The notes: generated by a model from the sequence alone, not told the origin. Counted from the first letter of the stretch, positions 14,827 through 25,111 are shown. The stretch: 64,000 nucleotides of DNA from an uncultured delta proteobacterium (GCA_963731795.1 CAVSWU010000003.1:902216-966215); one strand, 5' to 3'. A program made the numbers and translations.

Positions 14827-16080
14827 TCATCGTTTGCCAGCACGGCCCGCGGCTTCGATGAACAGGTCGGCGTAGCGGTTGCGGGGGTCCTCGGGGCGGG
14901 TGCCATCGCGGTAGTAGAACGTGAACGCGTCCCACTCGTCGGGGCGGTTGTCCGTGGCGAACATCCAGGGGGTGAGCCCGCCCACGCCCACCCGCCACGC
15001 GCAAAGCATCCACCCTCGGTACATGGCGCGCCGCTCATCGAGGGTGAAGCCGCCCTGGTTGCGCAGGCCGAACTCTCCGAGGAAGAACGGCTTGCCAAGC
15101 TCCCTCGCGATGGCGGCGCGCTCGGAGATCCAGTGCGCCCCGCTCTGGGCCGTGAGCTCGCTCGGGATGCCCCAGTCTTCCGGATAGAAGTGCGCGCTCC
15201 CGAAGTCGATCGATGGCGACGCCGTGTTCCCCCGGTAGCTGGTGGATGCCTCGAAGAGAGACGCGGGAGTCCGCCTGCGCCAGAACGCCGCGTCATAGCC
15301 CTGGAGGGAGGTATCGAAGCCTTCCTCACCCGTTCCCACCAGGTGCCCGGGCGCCTGGGCCTTCACCACGGCGGCGATCTCGTCCACCCAGGCGCGCATC
15401 GCCTCCCCTCCCCTGTCCAGCCCGATGCCGCGTGGCTCGTTCAGCACCTCCCAGCTCAGCACGGCCGGATGATCTCCATAGCGGATTCCATCGAAGGTGT
15501 TGACGCGAGACAGCAGGAAGGTGATGTACCGCTTGTAGAGCTCGATCACCTCGCGGTCGGTGAAGAAGCGCGGATCCCCTTCGCGCGGCTCGGGCAGCCC
15601 GGCCCAGGTCACGTACTGACGCGCGCCGCCGTAGGCATCCCAGGAGTTGCCGAGCGGCAGGACGAGCTTCACTCCATAGTGAGCCGCCCGGGTGAGGACC
15701 AGGTCCAGGCCCCGGAGGCTGGTCTCGTCGTACTGCCCCGGTGCCAGTTGGATGGTGGAGACGCCTCGCGAGCCGACCGCGTCGTTGAACGCGAGGGTCC
15801 GCACGCCCCAGGCGCCGAGCGCCGCGGCCTTGGCGAACACCTCCTCCACGGCCGGCGACTCCGCCAGCCCGTTCCGGACATCCCGAGCGGCTTCATCCTG
15901 CAGGTAGTACGCGTTGAGCAGCACCGAGGTGGAGGGTGCATCCCCCAGGCGCACCGGGGGACTCAGCGGACAGTCGGCGGCATCCTCCTCGAGCTGGTCC
16001 AGCGGATCTTCGCCGCATGCCACGAGCAGCGAGAGGATCAGGCTCAGCCAGATACGCAGGTCAGGTCGCATGGCCCTCAT
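14827..16080 (-). CDS. GH5-family glycoside hydrolase lipoprotein (mannanase/cellulase-like)
   Basis: Lipobox LSLLVACG. Catalytic motifs WEVLNEPR (acid/base NEP) and FLGEFG (nucleophile) are present. Confidence 0.8.
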   Translation of the reverse strand: MRAMRPDLRIWLSLILSLLVACGEDPLDQLEEDAADCPLSPPVRLGDAPSTSVLLNAYYLQDEAARDVRNGLAESPAVEEVFAKAAALGAWGVRTLAFNDAVGSRGVSTIQLAPGQYDETSLRGLDLVLTRAAHYGVKLVLPLGNSWDAYGGARQYVTWAGLPEPREGDPRFFTDREVIELYKRYITFLLSRVNTFDGIRYGDHPAVLSWEVLNEPRGIGLDRGGEAMRAWVDEIAAVVKAQAPGHLVGTGEEGFDTSLQGYDAAFWRRRTPASLFEASTSYRGNTASPSIDFGSAHFYPEDWGIPSELTAQSGAHWISERAAIARELGKPFFLGEFGLRNQGGFTLDERRAMYRGWMLCAWRVGVGGLTPWMFATDNRPDEWDAFTFYYRDGTRPEDPRNRYADLFIEAAGRAGKR

Positions 16081-17362
16081 CGAAGCGGATGATGCGCTCC
16101 ACGCGCCACAGGCCGGAAGGGCTCCCAGGCCGCAGGAGCATCAGCCTCGCGCTCTGCCCCACAGCTACCTCACAGGCGCTCCTCGGCGGGAGGGGCACGG
16201 TGTCACCCTCCTTCGCCTCCTTGGGAGGCAGCGGCACCGCCGTGAGCCCGTGTCCGTCCACTGTCTCGACAGCCCCGAACACACGCAGGTCGCCCAGTTC
16301 CGCGATCGTCGCGAGGATCCCGGCGCGCGCCCTCCCCTGCGTCACGCGTACCGCGGGGCTGGCGGCCACTCCAATGTCCGCGACGAAGGAGTCACCCGCC
16401 TCGCCGAAGACGTGGGCGCCCTTCACGATCACCTGGAGCAGCCCCTTGCTCTCGTTCAGCGGGATGGAGTCGTAGCGCTCCAGTTCCGCGTGCTCCACCC
16501 TGCCGCTCGCGAGCGCCTCCAGGGCGGAGACCAGGGCCACGAAGTTCAACCGCAGCAGCGGCCCCTCGGCCTCGGGCATCGGCGCGGGCCACGGGCCGGT
16601 CTCGATCAGCACGGGCGGCGTGCCCCAGCGGCCCATGTTGTCGCCGAAGGCGCGGACCTCGAACGCGTCGCTGTATCGCCCGATCTGCCCGGGCGCGAGT
16701 GGCTCCAGGGCGTCCCGGATGATCGCACACACCTTCTTGGCCAGCAGGCGCCCGGGGTTGTCGCCGCGCGCCTCGTCGAAGGCCGGCGCGAGCAGGGAGA
16801 TCGACGCGGGCTTGCCGGTCCTCCCCACCGCCGTGCGCCAGTCCTGGTTGTGGAGGTTGAAGCCGATGAGGGGCTGGAGCCGATCCCTCAGCGCCTTGAG
16901 CGTGCGCCCCTCGGGCGTCTGGAGCATCAGCGCGTCCCGGTTGATGTCGATCCCCTGCGCGTTGGCTCGCTGGAAGCGCTCGGCCCCATCCGGGTTGAGC
17001 ATGGGCACCCCGTGCAGCGTGAGCGCGGAGAGCAGCCCCTCCACGCGAGGCTCCTGCCGGTAGCGCCGCAGGTACTCGAAGAGCTCGAACAGGGCCGTGG
17101 TGGCGGTGGGCTCGTCGCCGTGCATCTGGGACCAGAGCAGCACGTGCTTGGGGCCGTGGCCGACCTCGACACGGTGGATCGCGCGGCCCTCCACCGAGCG
17201 CCCCACCTCTTCCACTCGGAACAGCGCCGAGGCGGACTCCTGGAGCCGCTTCAGCCAGGCCACCACCTGGGCATGACGCACGAGCGGCAGCGGCGGGCGC
17301 TCCTGGAGGCGGACTTCATCCCAGAGCGAGGCGAGTGAGGAGGAGGAGGAGAACGGGATCAT
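16061..17362 (-). CDS. M14-family zinc carboxypeptidase-like protein
   Basis: Motifs WSQMHGDEP, NPDG and NLHNQ match M14 zinc-binding and catalytic residues. The start is chosen at MIPFSSSS; a GTG at 17386 is an alternative. Confidence 0.7.
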   Translation of the reverse strand: MIPFSSSSSLASLWDEVRLQERPPLPLVRHAQVVAWLKRLQESASALFRVEEVGRSVEGRAIHRVEVGHGPKHVLLWSQMHGDEPTATTALFELFEYLRRYRQEPRVEGLLSALTLHGVPMLNPDGAERFQRANAQGIDINRDALMLQTPEGRTLKALRDRLQPLIGFNLHNQDWRTAVGRTGKPASISLLAPAFDEARGDNPGRLLAKKVCAIIRDALEPLAPGQIGRYSDAFEVRAFGDNMGRWGTPPVLIETGPWPAPMPEAEGPLLRLNFVALVSALEALASGRVEHAELERYDSIPLNESKGLLQVIVKGAHVFGEAGDSFVADIGVAASPAVRVTQGRARAGILATIAELGDLRVFGAVETVDGHGLTAVPLPPKEAKEGDTVPLPPRSACEVAVGQSARLMLLRPGSPSGLWRVERIIRFDEGHAT

Positions 17363-17508
17363 GAGCCGGAGCGCGAGTCTCCGCACACGAAGGTAGGCAC
17401 CGACCCACGGGATTTGCTATGGGCTACCGGGCCTTGGGCCCTATCTTTGGAGCTGCAAGTTTCTTGCAACACAGTCGCTCGCCGAGCGCGAGCGGGAGGG
17501 AGACATCC

Positions 17509-18333
17509 ATGAAGCGGTTGTTGAATCCCGTAATGGTGGTGGCGGTACTGACGCTGGCGTCCGCGTGCAAGAAGGTCGAGCGGATCGAGGTGGAGCCCAA
17601 GTCGGTGGCGCTCAACACCCCGAGCCAGAAGGAGACCCTGAAGGTCACGGCCGTCACCGCGGACGGCAAGCCGGTGGACGGCGTGAAGTTCGAGTTCTCC
17701 TCGGCCGACAAGAACGTGGCGACCGTGGACGCCCAGGGCACGGTGATCGCGGTCAAGAGCGGCTCGACCACCGTCGAGGTCAAGGGCAACGACAAGAGCA
17801 CCAAGGTCCCGGTGGAGGTGAGCATCCCCTCGAAGATCGTGACCAAGGGGCCCATCACCCTCACGGGGATCGGCACGAAGGCGACGATCGACGCGCAGGT
17901 GCAGGATGACGCGGGCCACCCGATCAAGGACGCCAAGGTGGAGTTCGGCAGCGCCGACCCCAAGATCGCCGAGGTGGCCGGCAACACGGTGACGGCCACG
18001 GGCGTGGGCACCACGCAGGTGACGGCGACCGCGGGCGCGCTGCGGCAGACCCTCGAGGTGACGGTGAAGCAGCCCGAGGTGGCCGCGCTCGCCATCGAGG
18101 GGGCTCCGGCGGACCTGAAGGTGGGCCAGAGCGCCACGCTCAACGTCACCGCCAAGGCCGCGGATGGGAACACCATCGCGGGCGTGACGCCGACGTTCAC
18201 CTCCAGCAACGAGAAGCTCGCCACCGTGGACGCCACCGGCAAGGTGACGGCCGTGAAGGTGGGCGCGGTCACCATCACCGCGAAGAGCGGCGACAAGACC
18301 GCCGACGCGAAGATCACCATCAAGAAGAAGTAG
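17509..18333 (+). CDS. Lipoprotein with bacterial Ig-like (Big_2) domains
   Basis: GGAGGGAG RBS. Signal MKRLLNPVMVVAVLTLASAC. The protein has repeated Ig-like segments ending ...TITAKSGDKTADAKITIKKK. Confidence 0.8.
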   Translation: MKRLLNPVMVVAVLTLASACKKVERIEVEPKSVALNTPSQKETLKVTAVTADGKPVDGVKFEFSSADKNVATVDAQGTVIAVKSGSTTVEVKGNDKSTKVPVEVSIPSKIVTKGPITLTGIGTKATIDAQVQDDAGHPIKDAKVEFGSADPKIAEVAGNTVTATGVGTTQVTATAGALRQTLEVTVKQPEVAALAIEGAPADLKVGQSATLNVTAKAADGNTIAGVTPTFTSSNEKLATVDATGKVTAVKVGAVTITAKSGDKTADAKITIKKK

Positions 18334-18394
18334 TCGCGCGGATGGGGCATGGGGGCCACGGGACCGTGTTCCGTGGGCCTCATGAAGGAAGGGC

Positions 18395-18432
18395 TCGGAG
18401 TCCCGAGGAAAGCCCTTCGGGCCCTTCTCCCT
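18395..18432 (+). terminator. GC-rich hairpin downstream of the Big_2 lipoprotein gene
   Basis: gaagggctcggagtcccgaggaaagcccttc forms a nested inverted repeat (GAAGGGCT/AGCCCTTC and CTCGG/CCGAG). There is no clear U tract. Confidence 0.3.
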
Positions 18433-18634
18433 TCCAGCGCCTGAGAGGATGTAGACTGCCGGGCACGGCCTGCCGAAACCTGTCAGACAACCAGACAGGT
18501 TCATGCCATGCGCCACCGGCGGGTAGCCGCCGAGTTCCTCCTCACCCGGTCTCCCCAGCGAGACTGCGCAGACCTCAGCAGTGGAGGTGCGCTCAGTAAG
18601 CACGGGCGACCTCGACCTTTATGAGCAAGGCTCC

Positions 18635-19499
18635 ATGAACCTCTCTCCCTCCGCCGTCACGGCTCCAGCCGCGCGCGAGGACTGGCTCAGCCTGGCGCTC
18701 TACTTCGGCCTCGCGTTCGGCCTGTCGTGGGCGCTCCACCTGTCCATCACCCTCTTCCACCTTCCCTTCACGCGAGATCTCACCTCCGGCGGGCAGGTGG
18801 CCTACATCGTTGGTATCACGGGGCCTTGCACCGCAGCGCTCATCACCACGGGGCTGCGGGGTGGCACTCGGGGCTTACGCGAGCTCCTCGCCCCCTTCAC
18901 CCGGTGGCGCTTTCCTCTGCGCTACTGGCTGCTGACCCTCGGCGCGGTGGGCGTCATCCGCGCGGTGGGTGTCGGGATCTCCATGGCACTGGGAGGCCCG
19001 GCGCCGGAGCACTGGTTCAACGTGTCGCCCGGGATGCTGCTGGTCCTCGTGGGCCAGCAAGCTCTACGTCATGCTCGGTGAGGAGATTGGCTGGCGCGGG
19101 TTCGCGATGCCGCGGCTCGTGGCCCGCCTCGGGTGGGTCGGTGGAACGCTCGTGCTCGGCGTTCTCTGGGCGTCCTGGCACCTGCCCATGTTCCTCGTGC
19201 CCGGCTCCAGCCAGCACGGCACCAGCTTCTCCGGCTACCTCGTCGTCGTGGTGTCCTGGACCTTCCTCATGGCGTTCCTCTGGTCACGGACCCGGAGCCT
19301 GCTCGCCCCCATGATCTTCCATGGTGCGCTCAACCTCTGGGCGTTCACCACCTCGCAGCCCGACGAGGCGCAGCCCATTACCCGCATCGTCTACGCCATC
19401 GTGGCCGTGACTATCGCGGTGCTACTCCCCAGGCCCGCGTTCCGCCCCGCATCGCTCGCGGCCCCAGGTGAGACCGCGCCTCCCATGGCCCCCGGGTGA
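18635..19499 (+). CDS. CPBP (CAAX/Abi) family intramembrane metalloprotease, with an apparent frameshift near 19040-19060
   Basis: Motifs GEEIGWRGF and FHGALN are present, with multiple TM helices. The N-terminal half lies in ORF 18581..19081 and the C-terminal half in ORF 18969..19499. Confidence 0.7.
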
Positions 19500-19613
19500 G
19501 GAACTGCCGCTGAGCTCACCGGCGCGGCTCCGGCGCTTCCCCCACCTGGGACTTCCATCCGCGCTCCCGGTTGCAGCTATGCTGCGCCCTTCCCTTCCCC
19601 AGGAGATCAGCGG

Positions 19614-19841
19614 ATGGACATGAAGAAGCTGTTCCACGTCCTCGTCGTGGGCGGTGCGGTCATCGGCACCGGCGGTGGTTGCGCCAAACCGAAGGGCAGC
19701 GAGGCTCCGGCGCCCCAGACGCCTCCCGCGGCCCAGACGGCTCCCACTGGCACCGCGACGACTCCCAAGCCCGACTCCGACACCAATGGCACCCCGCCGG
19801 CCCAGCCCCAGGAGAAGGGGGGCGGAGCCAACGGTTGGTAG
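19614..19841 (+). CDS. Small Pro/Thr-rich lipoprotein
   Basis: AGGAG RBS. MDMKKLFHVLVVGGAVIGTGGGC has a signal peptide and lipobox. The protein is 75 aa. Confidence 0.45.
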   Translation: MDMKKLFHVLVVGGAVIGTGGGCAKPKGSEAPAPQTPPAAQTAPTGTATTPKPDSDTNGTPPAQPQEKGGGANGW

Positions 19842-19861
19842 GCCTGTCTCTTCCAGCGCCC

Positions 19862-20560
19862 GTGCGTCAGCGCATCGCCGCCGCGTGGAGCTTCCGCTTC
19901 CACGTGGAGCGCGAGGCACAGGCGTGCTTCTCCCGGCTCGCGCTCTGGCTGGAGCAGGCTGGAGCGCCGAGTACGGTGGTGGAGCTGGCTCGCCGCTCCG
20001 CCGAGGACGAGGGCCGCCATGCCGCGCACTGCGCTGCCCTCGCTCGTGACTACGGCGTCCCGGTATCCCAAGAGGCGCCGGTGGTGCTTCCCGAGATCGC
20101 TCCCCGCTCGCTCTCGTTTCCCCAGCGGACGCTCTACGAGCTCGTCGCCGCTTGCTGCGTGGCGGAGACCGTGAGCGTGGGCGTGCTGATGCGGTTGCGC
20201 CCCGTCGCGGGTGATGAGCGCATGCGTGCCGTGCTCCACGAGCTGCTCCAGGACGAGATCGTTCACAGCCGGCTCGGCTGGGCGTACCTCGCCCATGTGG
20301 CTCCCTCGGAGAGCGTCGCCTTCCTGGGCCGCTTCCTGCCGGACATGATCGAGGCCACCGCCGCCGAGGCCAGCCAGCCCACCGCCCTCGCTCCCGAGGA
20401 TGACGACCCGGCCCTGCTCCCCCATGGCGTGCTCCCCCATGCGGAGCGGCGCGCCCTCTTCGCCTCGGCGATGCGTGACGTGGTGATGCCGGGGCTGGAG
20501 CAGCACGGCGTGCCCACTGGCCCCGCCCGCGAGTGGCTCGAGCGCCACGGGCTCGGCTGA
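19862..20560 (+). CDS. Ferritin-like (di-iron) domain protein
   Basis: Motifs EDEGRHAAH and ELLQDEIVHSRLGW are ferritin/rubrerythrin-like. A GTG start is inferred from the conserved region. Confidence 0.55.
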   Translation: MRQRIAAAWSFRFHVEREAQACFSRLALWLEQAGAPSTVVELARRSAEDEGRHAAHCAALARDYGVPVSQEAPVVLPEIAPRSLSFPQRTLYELVAACCVAETVSVGVLMRLRPVAGDERMRAVLHELLQDEIVHSRLGWAYLAHVAPSESVAFLGRFLPDMIEATAAEASQPTALAPEDDDPALLPHGVLPHAERRALFASAMRDVVMPGLEQHGVPTGPAREWLERHGLG

Positions 20561-20594
20561 GCCCCTACGCGCAGCCAGGCGGAGGAGCCTCGGC

Positions 20595-20662
20595 GGTGAC
20601 GGCAGTCACCGGTGGTGACCGTTGTCACCAGGGGCTCCTGGTGTCTGGGGTCACCACCTGGC
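20595..20662. promoter_or_regulatory. Candidate operator, with two adjacent GGTGAC-N4-GTCACC palindromes plus a third half-site
   Basis: GGTGACGGCAGTCACC at 20595-20610 and GGTGACCGTTGTCACC at 20614-20629. An extra GTCACC half-site lies at 20651-20656. The site is ~150-220 bp upstream of the 20813 ORF. Confidence 0.4.
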
Positions 20663-20812
20663 CCATGCAGCCCGGGCCTGCGCGCGTAACCCCCTGAAAC
20701 TCCTGAGAAGCTCATGTGGTCTCCCCTCCTCCGTTTCGTGGCATGCGGGGTGCAGTAGGGGTCAGCCATACTCACCGACCCCACGGTCGGTTCCAAAAAA
20801 TGGAGCTTCATC

Positions 20813-21658
20813 ATGCGCATCAACTCTTCCGTCCCGACCACCGTCGCCCGTACCTCCGAGCCCCAGTCCACCGTTGCCGCCAAGCCGGCCGTCGAGGCCA
20901 AGGTCAGCACCGAGGCCAAGCACCTGGGCCACTCCATCGTCGACGGCGGCTGCTTCCCCACCCCGCACCCGCTGCCGTTCCCGCTCCCTCCGGTCTTCAA
21001 GCCCGCCGATGCCAAGGTGCGCGCCACGCAGGGCAACCAGCTGCACGAGATCGCCCATGACGTGCGCAACGGCTCCGTCACCGCGCAGGAGGCCGAGAAG
21101 CTCCTGAAGGAGCAGCAGGACATCGCCAAGGCCACCCAGCAGGCCATGGCCGACGGCAAGCTCACCAAGGAGGAGCAGCTCAAGCTCAACCTGATGCAGG
21201 CCCGCGCCGAGCTGCACATCTACCAGGCCAGCCACAACAGCAGCCGCGAGGCCTTCGCCCGCTTCGACTCGGACGCGCAGCGCCAGGCGGGCCAGATCGA
21301 TCGGCTGGCCAACGGCCGCACCAACGGCAACATCACCAACAGCGAGGCCACGGAGCTGCTCGGGCAGCAGACGCAGATCGCCGACGCCCGCGGCGACGCG
21401 GACTCCCCGCTCGAGAACTTCCTGCTCGACCGCAAGCTGGATCAGGCCGACCGGGAGATCTCGTACCACAGCAAGCCGGGCACGCAGTTCGACTTCAAGC
21501 CCTTCCCGCACCCGCTGCCCTTCCCGGAGCCGCTGCCGCTGCCCCGCCCCGTCCCGCTGCCCGAGCTTCCCCGGCCGCTGCCGTTCCCGCGCAACGAGCT
21601 GCCCTCCAAGCCCTCCTTCGAGGTGCCGGTGTTCCTCAAGGGCACCATCGCCGGCTGA
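20813..21658 (+). CDS. Hypothetical protein with a coiled-coil core and Pro-rich PHPLPFP termini
   Basis: 281-aa ORF with genome-typical codon use. The N-terminal PHPLPFPLPP is mirrored by the C-terminal PFPHPLPFPEPLPLPRPVPLP. Confidence 0.6.
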   Translation: MRINSSVPTTVARTSEPQSTVAAKPAVEAKVSTEAKHLGHSIVDGGCFPTPHPLPFPLPPVFKPADAKVRATQGNQLHEIAHDVRNGSVTAQEAEKLLKEQQDIAKATQQAMADGKLTKEEQLKLNLMQARAELHIYQASHNSSREAFARFDSDAQRQAGQIDRLANGRTNGNITNSEATELLGQQTQIADARGDADSPLENFLLDRKLDQADREISYHSKPGTQFDFKPFPHPLPFPEPLPLPRPVPLPELPRPLPFPRNELPSKPSFEVPVFLKGTIAG

Positions 21659-21953
21659 GCCTGAGCGGACTCTCGCTCACCCACGGCCCTCCCTCGCCTC
21701 GCGCGAAGGAGGGGCTGTGGGGTCCGCGGGGCGGAACAGCGCGCAGGCATGCACGGGCTGGGGAGGATACTTCCGCGGCAGCAGCGGGCAGAGGATGAAC
21801 GTGGAGCTCTTCGTCTGCACGTAGCGCGGAGGCGCGGCGCACCGGTGGCAGAGGCTGGTGGGGAAAGGCAATGGCTCGGGCGGGAGTGTCATGTGCTCGA
21901 GGCGTGAGCCGGGGATGAGCCGCGGCCCCGGGCCAAGACGGCGCAGGGCCTGG

Positions 21954-22163
21954 CTACTGGCCGAAGATCTTGCGGAACAGGCGGAGGACCGAGCGGGACA
22001 GCGGCGTGGCCACCGGCTTCACGTTCTCCTTGAGGCCCAGCTCGACCATGGGCTTGCTCCGCCGGGGATCCGTCGAGAGCACGCTGAACTCGTCATCCCC
22101 TTCGAGCGCGGTGTAGACCTTGGCTGCGCGAGTTGTGGAGGGAGGCTTTGTGTCCTTCGCCAT
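21954..22163 (-). CDS. Small hypothetical protein (69 aa)
   Basis: GAGGAAG RBS 4 nt upstream. MAKDTKPPSTTRAAKVYTALEGDDEF... has high GC3. Confidence 0.5.
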   Translation of the reverse strand: MAKDTKPPSTTRAAKVYTALEGDDEFSVLSTDPRRSKPMVELGLKENVKPVATPLSRSVLRLFRKIFGQ

Positions 22164-22283
22164 GGTCTTCCTCGTAAGTGGGCGCCCATCCTACCTGATT
22201 CAGGGCTGCCGCTCCAGCCCGACGAGCGCTGCCCCGGTCAGCCACAGCGCTCGTCAGGACCCCTGGGGGAAACCGGGCGACTC

Positions 22284-23684
22284 CTACTGCACGGAGAACA
22301 GGCCGCGCAGCTCCTCGGTGTTGGAGATGGGGTTGCCCGCGTTGCCCTTCGCGGTGGCACGCCACTGGTAGATGAGGCCCGGGGTCAGCGCCGGCCCGCC
22401 GTACGTCACCGAGACGTCGCCCGAGGTGCTCGCAGGCACCGCGAGGTTCTCCCACACCTTCGTGCCCTGCGAGTCGAACACGCGCAGCTCGTACGACTTG
22501 GCGCTGGAGTACGGCTTCCAGGTGAACTTCGGCGTGCCCGTCACCACCTCGCTCGTCTCACCCGCGCCAGGGCCCACCATCTGGATGGCGCCCGTCACCT
22601 TGAACGAGGGGCTCGCGCTCGGCGTGCCGTTGGCCACGGTGATGTGGGAGATCTGCGTGCCGGAGATGTTGGGGTCCGGATCGCGCACGTTGCCGTCGTT
22701 CTCGAAGGCCGCCAGCACCACGTACTTCCCGTCCGGCACGCCGGTGATGGACCACGCTCCGGTGATGTTGGGCGCGGTGCCCGGATCCGGCGCGCGCAGC
22801 CCCGGCGGCACCTCGCCACGGATCAGCGCGTCATTGAAGGTGCTCTCCACCACCATGACCACGCTGGTCCCTGCCCCGTTCGCGCCCGCGACGAGCTGCA
22901 CCGAGCCACTCAGCGTCGCGCTCGAGTCTCCCGCCTTGTGGATGGCCACCCCAGTGGTCTCCACGCCCGGCTGCACCGTGACATCCGCCGGCGTGTAGTT
23001 GGAGCCCTTCACGTACGCCTGGGCCTTGTACCCGCCGCCCGGCACCACGTTGAACACCTTCCACTTGCCCGAGCTATCGGCCACGGCCGAGTACGCATGG
23101 CCATTGCCCTCGACCACGACGAGCGCGGACTGGCCCGTCGCCAGCTCCACCGTGCCGGACACCGCCGGCCGGCCCTGCTCCGCCGCCGCCAGGCCGATCA
23201 GCCCCACGTCCGTCTGCCCCGAGGAGAACACCCACGGCTTCTGATCCCCCGCGCTCGCGGCGCCCGTGGTGTCGATGGGCAGCGCCACGCGCAGGCCCGA
23301 GGGGAACGGCTGGTAGTTCTGCGCGCCGGCCCGCAGCGTCAGCCGCACAGCCACCGGCGTGCCCTTGTCGTCCGAGCGCTGCGTGGGGATGCGCAGCGAG
23401 TAGTGGCCATCCGCGCCGCTCACCGCGATGCCCGACGCCGGAGCACCGTTGATGTCCAGCGCCGTCACCTCCGCGTTCGCCACCGCCGCGTTCGTGCCCA
23501 GATCGAACACCTTGCCTTCCACCTGCAGCGGCGCGAAGCACATGGGCTTGTCCTGGCCGCTCACGCTCTCGCAAACCAGGTTGTCCGAGCAGGACTTCGG
23601 ATCATCCAGCTTGCACTCCTTGTCGCCGCCGCAGGCCGCTGCCAGCAGCGCCACCAGTACCGGCACGATTCGCTTGACCATTCG
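22284..23684 (-). CDS. Lipoprotein with Ig-like/carboxypeptidase-regulatory-like beta domains
   Basis: Signal MVKRIVPVLVALLAAACGG with lipobox. A Cys-rich N-terminal segment is followed by a Gly/Thr-rich beta-rich sequence. Confidence 0.7.
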   Translation of the reverse strand, partial: RMVKRIVPVLVALLAAACGGDKECKLDDPKSCSDNLVCESVSGQDKPMCFAPLQVEGKVFDLGTNAAVANAEVTALDINGAPASGIAVSGADGHYSLRIPTQRSDDKGTPVAVRLTLRAGAQNYQPFPSGLRVALPIDTTGAASAGDQKPWVFSSGQTDVGLIGLAAAEQGRPAVSGTVELATGQSALVVVEGNGHAYSAVADSSGKWKVFNVVPGGGYKAQAYVKGSNYTPADVTVQPGVETTGVAIHKAGDSSATLSGSVQLVAGANGAGTSVVMVVESTFNDALIRGEVPPGLRAPDPGTAPNITGAWSITGVPDGKYVVLAAFENDGNVRDPDPNISGTQISHITVANGTPSASPSFKVTGAIQMVGPGAGETSEVVTGTPKFTWKPYSSAKSYELRVFDSQGTKVWENLAVPASTSGDVSVTYGGPALTPGLIYQWRATAKGNAGNPISNTEELRGLFSVQ

Positions 23685-23764
23685 GGAAGTCTCCAGCTGT
23701 GAGAGATGTCCGGGAAGACCCCGCGAATGCCCGATCAGCCACACCTACAGAGAGGCAGGTACCC

Positions 23765-24625
23765 CTACTCTCCTTTGCTGAGGCGATCGGCGAAGAAGGC
23801 GCGCGTGTCCTCGCTCACGGGCAGCGCGCGGAGGGCGGCCTGGGTCGAGGAGATCTCGTACGGCACGCGGCGGAAGAAGACGAGATCCCCGTCATAGAGC
23901 GCCCAGGAGGCACGCGGATCCCGATCGCGCGGCTGCCCCACGCTGCCCGGGTTGATCACCACCTTCCTCCCGTGCAGCCCGCCGATCATCGCCATGCCCT
24001 GCGGCACGTAGAAGATCGTCCGAGGCCCCAGGAAGGTGAACATGCGGTTCCAGTCCTGGGAGACGCTGAACAGCTCCCGATCCTCGTACGTGGTGAGGAT
24101 GGCCGGGACATGGGTGTGGCCGCAGAAGCCATGGGGCGTGGCGAACCGGGCGAGCAGCTCGCTCAGGAACTGATCAATCTGCGGGTTGAGCTGCAGGTAG
24201 TGCGTGCGGTGGCCCGGCCAGACGTAGCGCAGCGTCGGCTCCTCGGGCGCCCCGTGGACCCAGGTGATGCCCGGCTCCTGCTGGAGCGCCAGCGCCTCGG
24301 CCGGCCCCGCCGCGAGGGCCGCGCGCATCCGCTCCCAGGGCTCGAGCCCCTCCAGCGCTTTCGCCGACCAGAGCGCCAGCTCCCGGGCATCGTCCTCCAT
24401 GCCCTCGTCACCCGGGAGCGCCGTCTCCAGCTCGTGGTTGCCCGACAGCACCAGATCCGCGATCTCGTGGACGCGGGCGAAGCACTCCCGGGGGAACGGG
24501 CCATAGCCCACGGTGTCCCCCAGGCAGACGATGCGGTCCGGCTTCTGGGTCTCCACGTCCCGCAGCACCGCCTCCAGCGCGGCCAGGTTGCCGTGGATGT
24601 CGCTCAGGATCGCGATGCGCGGCAT
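23765..24625 (-). CDS. Calcineurin-like metallophosphoesterase
   Basis: Motifs DIHGN, GDTVGYGP, GNHE and GHTH are present. Confidence 0.8.
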   Translation of the reverse strand: MPRIAILSDIHGNLAALEAVLRDVETQKPDRIVCLGDTVGYGPFPRECFARVHEIADLVLSGNHELETALPGDEGMEDDARELALWSAKALEGLEPWERMRAALAAGPAEALALQQEPGITWVHGAPEEPTLRYVWPGHRTHYLQLNPQIDQFLSELLARFATPHGFCGHTHVPAILTTYEDRELFSVSQDWNRMFTFLGPRTIFYVPQGMAMIGGLHGRKVVINPGSVGQPRDRDPRASWALYDGDLVFFRRVPYEISSTQAALRALPVSEDTRAFFADRLSKGE

Positions 24626-24706
24626 GAAGCCTCCGGTCCGTCTGGCTCCCCCGGCAGGGAGAGCATCCCCATGGAGCGAAGTGTGGCACGGGCCGGGAGC
24701 GCCAGC

Positions 24707-25111
24707 TCAGCTGATCTCCGGCGGCTTCGCCAGGATCTCCTCGACCATGTAACGGATCACATCGGACGGGGTGATGATCCCGACAAGCGCTCCTCCCCGC
24801 AAGACCGGCAGGTGGTGGATCCGGTGCTGACGCAGCAGGCCCATCACCTCCTCGGTCCTATCGAACTCGTTCACCGAGTGGACCGAGCGGGTCATCAGAT
24901 CGGAGGCCCGGGTCGAGGGATCCCGCTCCGCGAGCAGCGCCTCCAGCAGATCGCCCTCGCTGACGAAGCCCTCGACGTGGCCCTCGGCGCCGACCACGGG
25001 GACGCCGCCGATCCGTGCGGCCGCCAGGCAGCGGGCGATCTCGGCCAGCGAGGCCTCCGGGCCGACCGAGACCACCGGCGCGGTCATCATGTTGCGTGCG
25101 TGACCTTTCAT
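24707..25111 (-). CDS. CBS-domain pair protein
   Basis: Two CBS motifs (VVSVGPEASLAEI... and HHLPVLRGGALVGIIT). Confidence 0.8.
   Translation of the reverse strand: MKGHARNMMTAPVVSVGPEASLAEIARCLAAARIGGVPVVGAEGHVEGFVSEGDLLEALLAERDPSTRASDLMTRSVHSVNEFDRTEEVMGLLRQHRIHHLPVLRGGALVGIITPSDVIRYMVEEILAKPPEIS

Noticed and set aside
21858-23702. 614-aa + ORF
   Set aside because: It is antisense to the lipoprotein gene 22284..23684, is Arg-rich with no motifs, and has no RBS.
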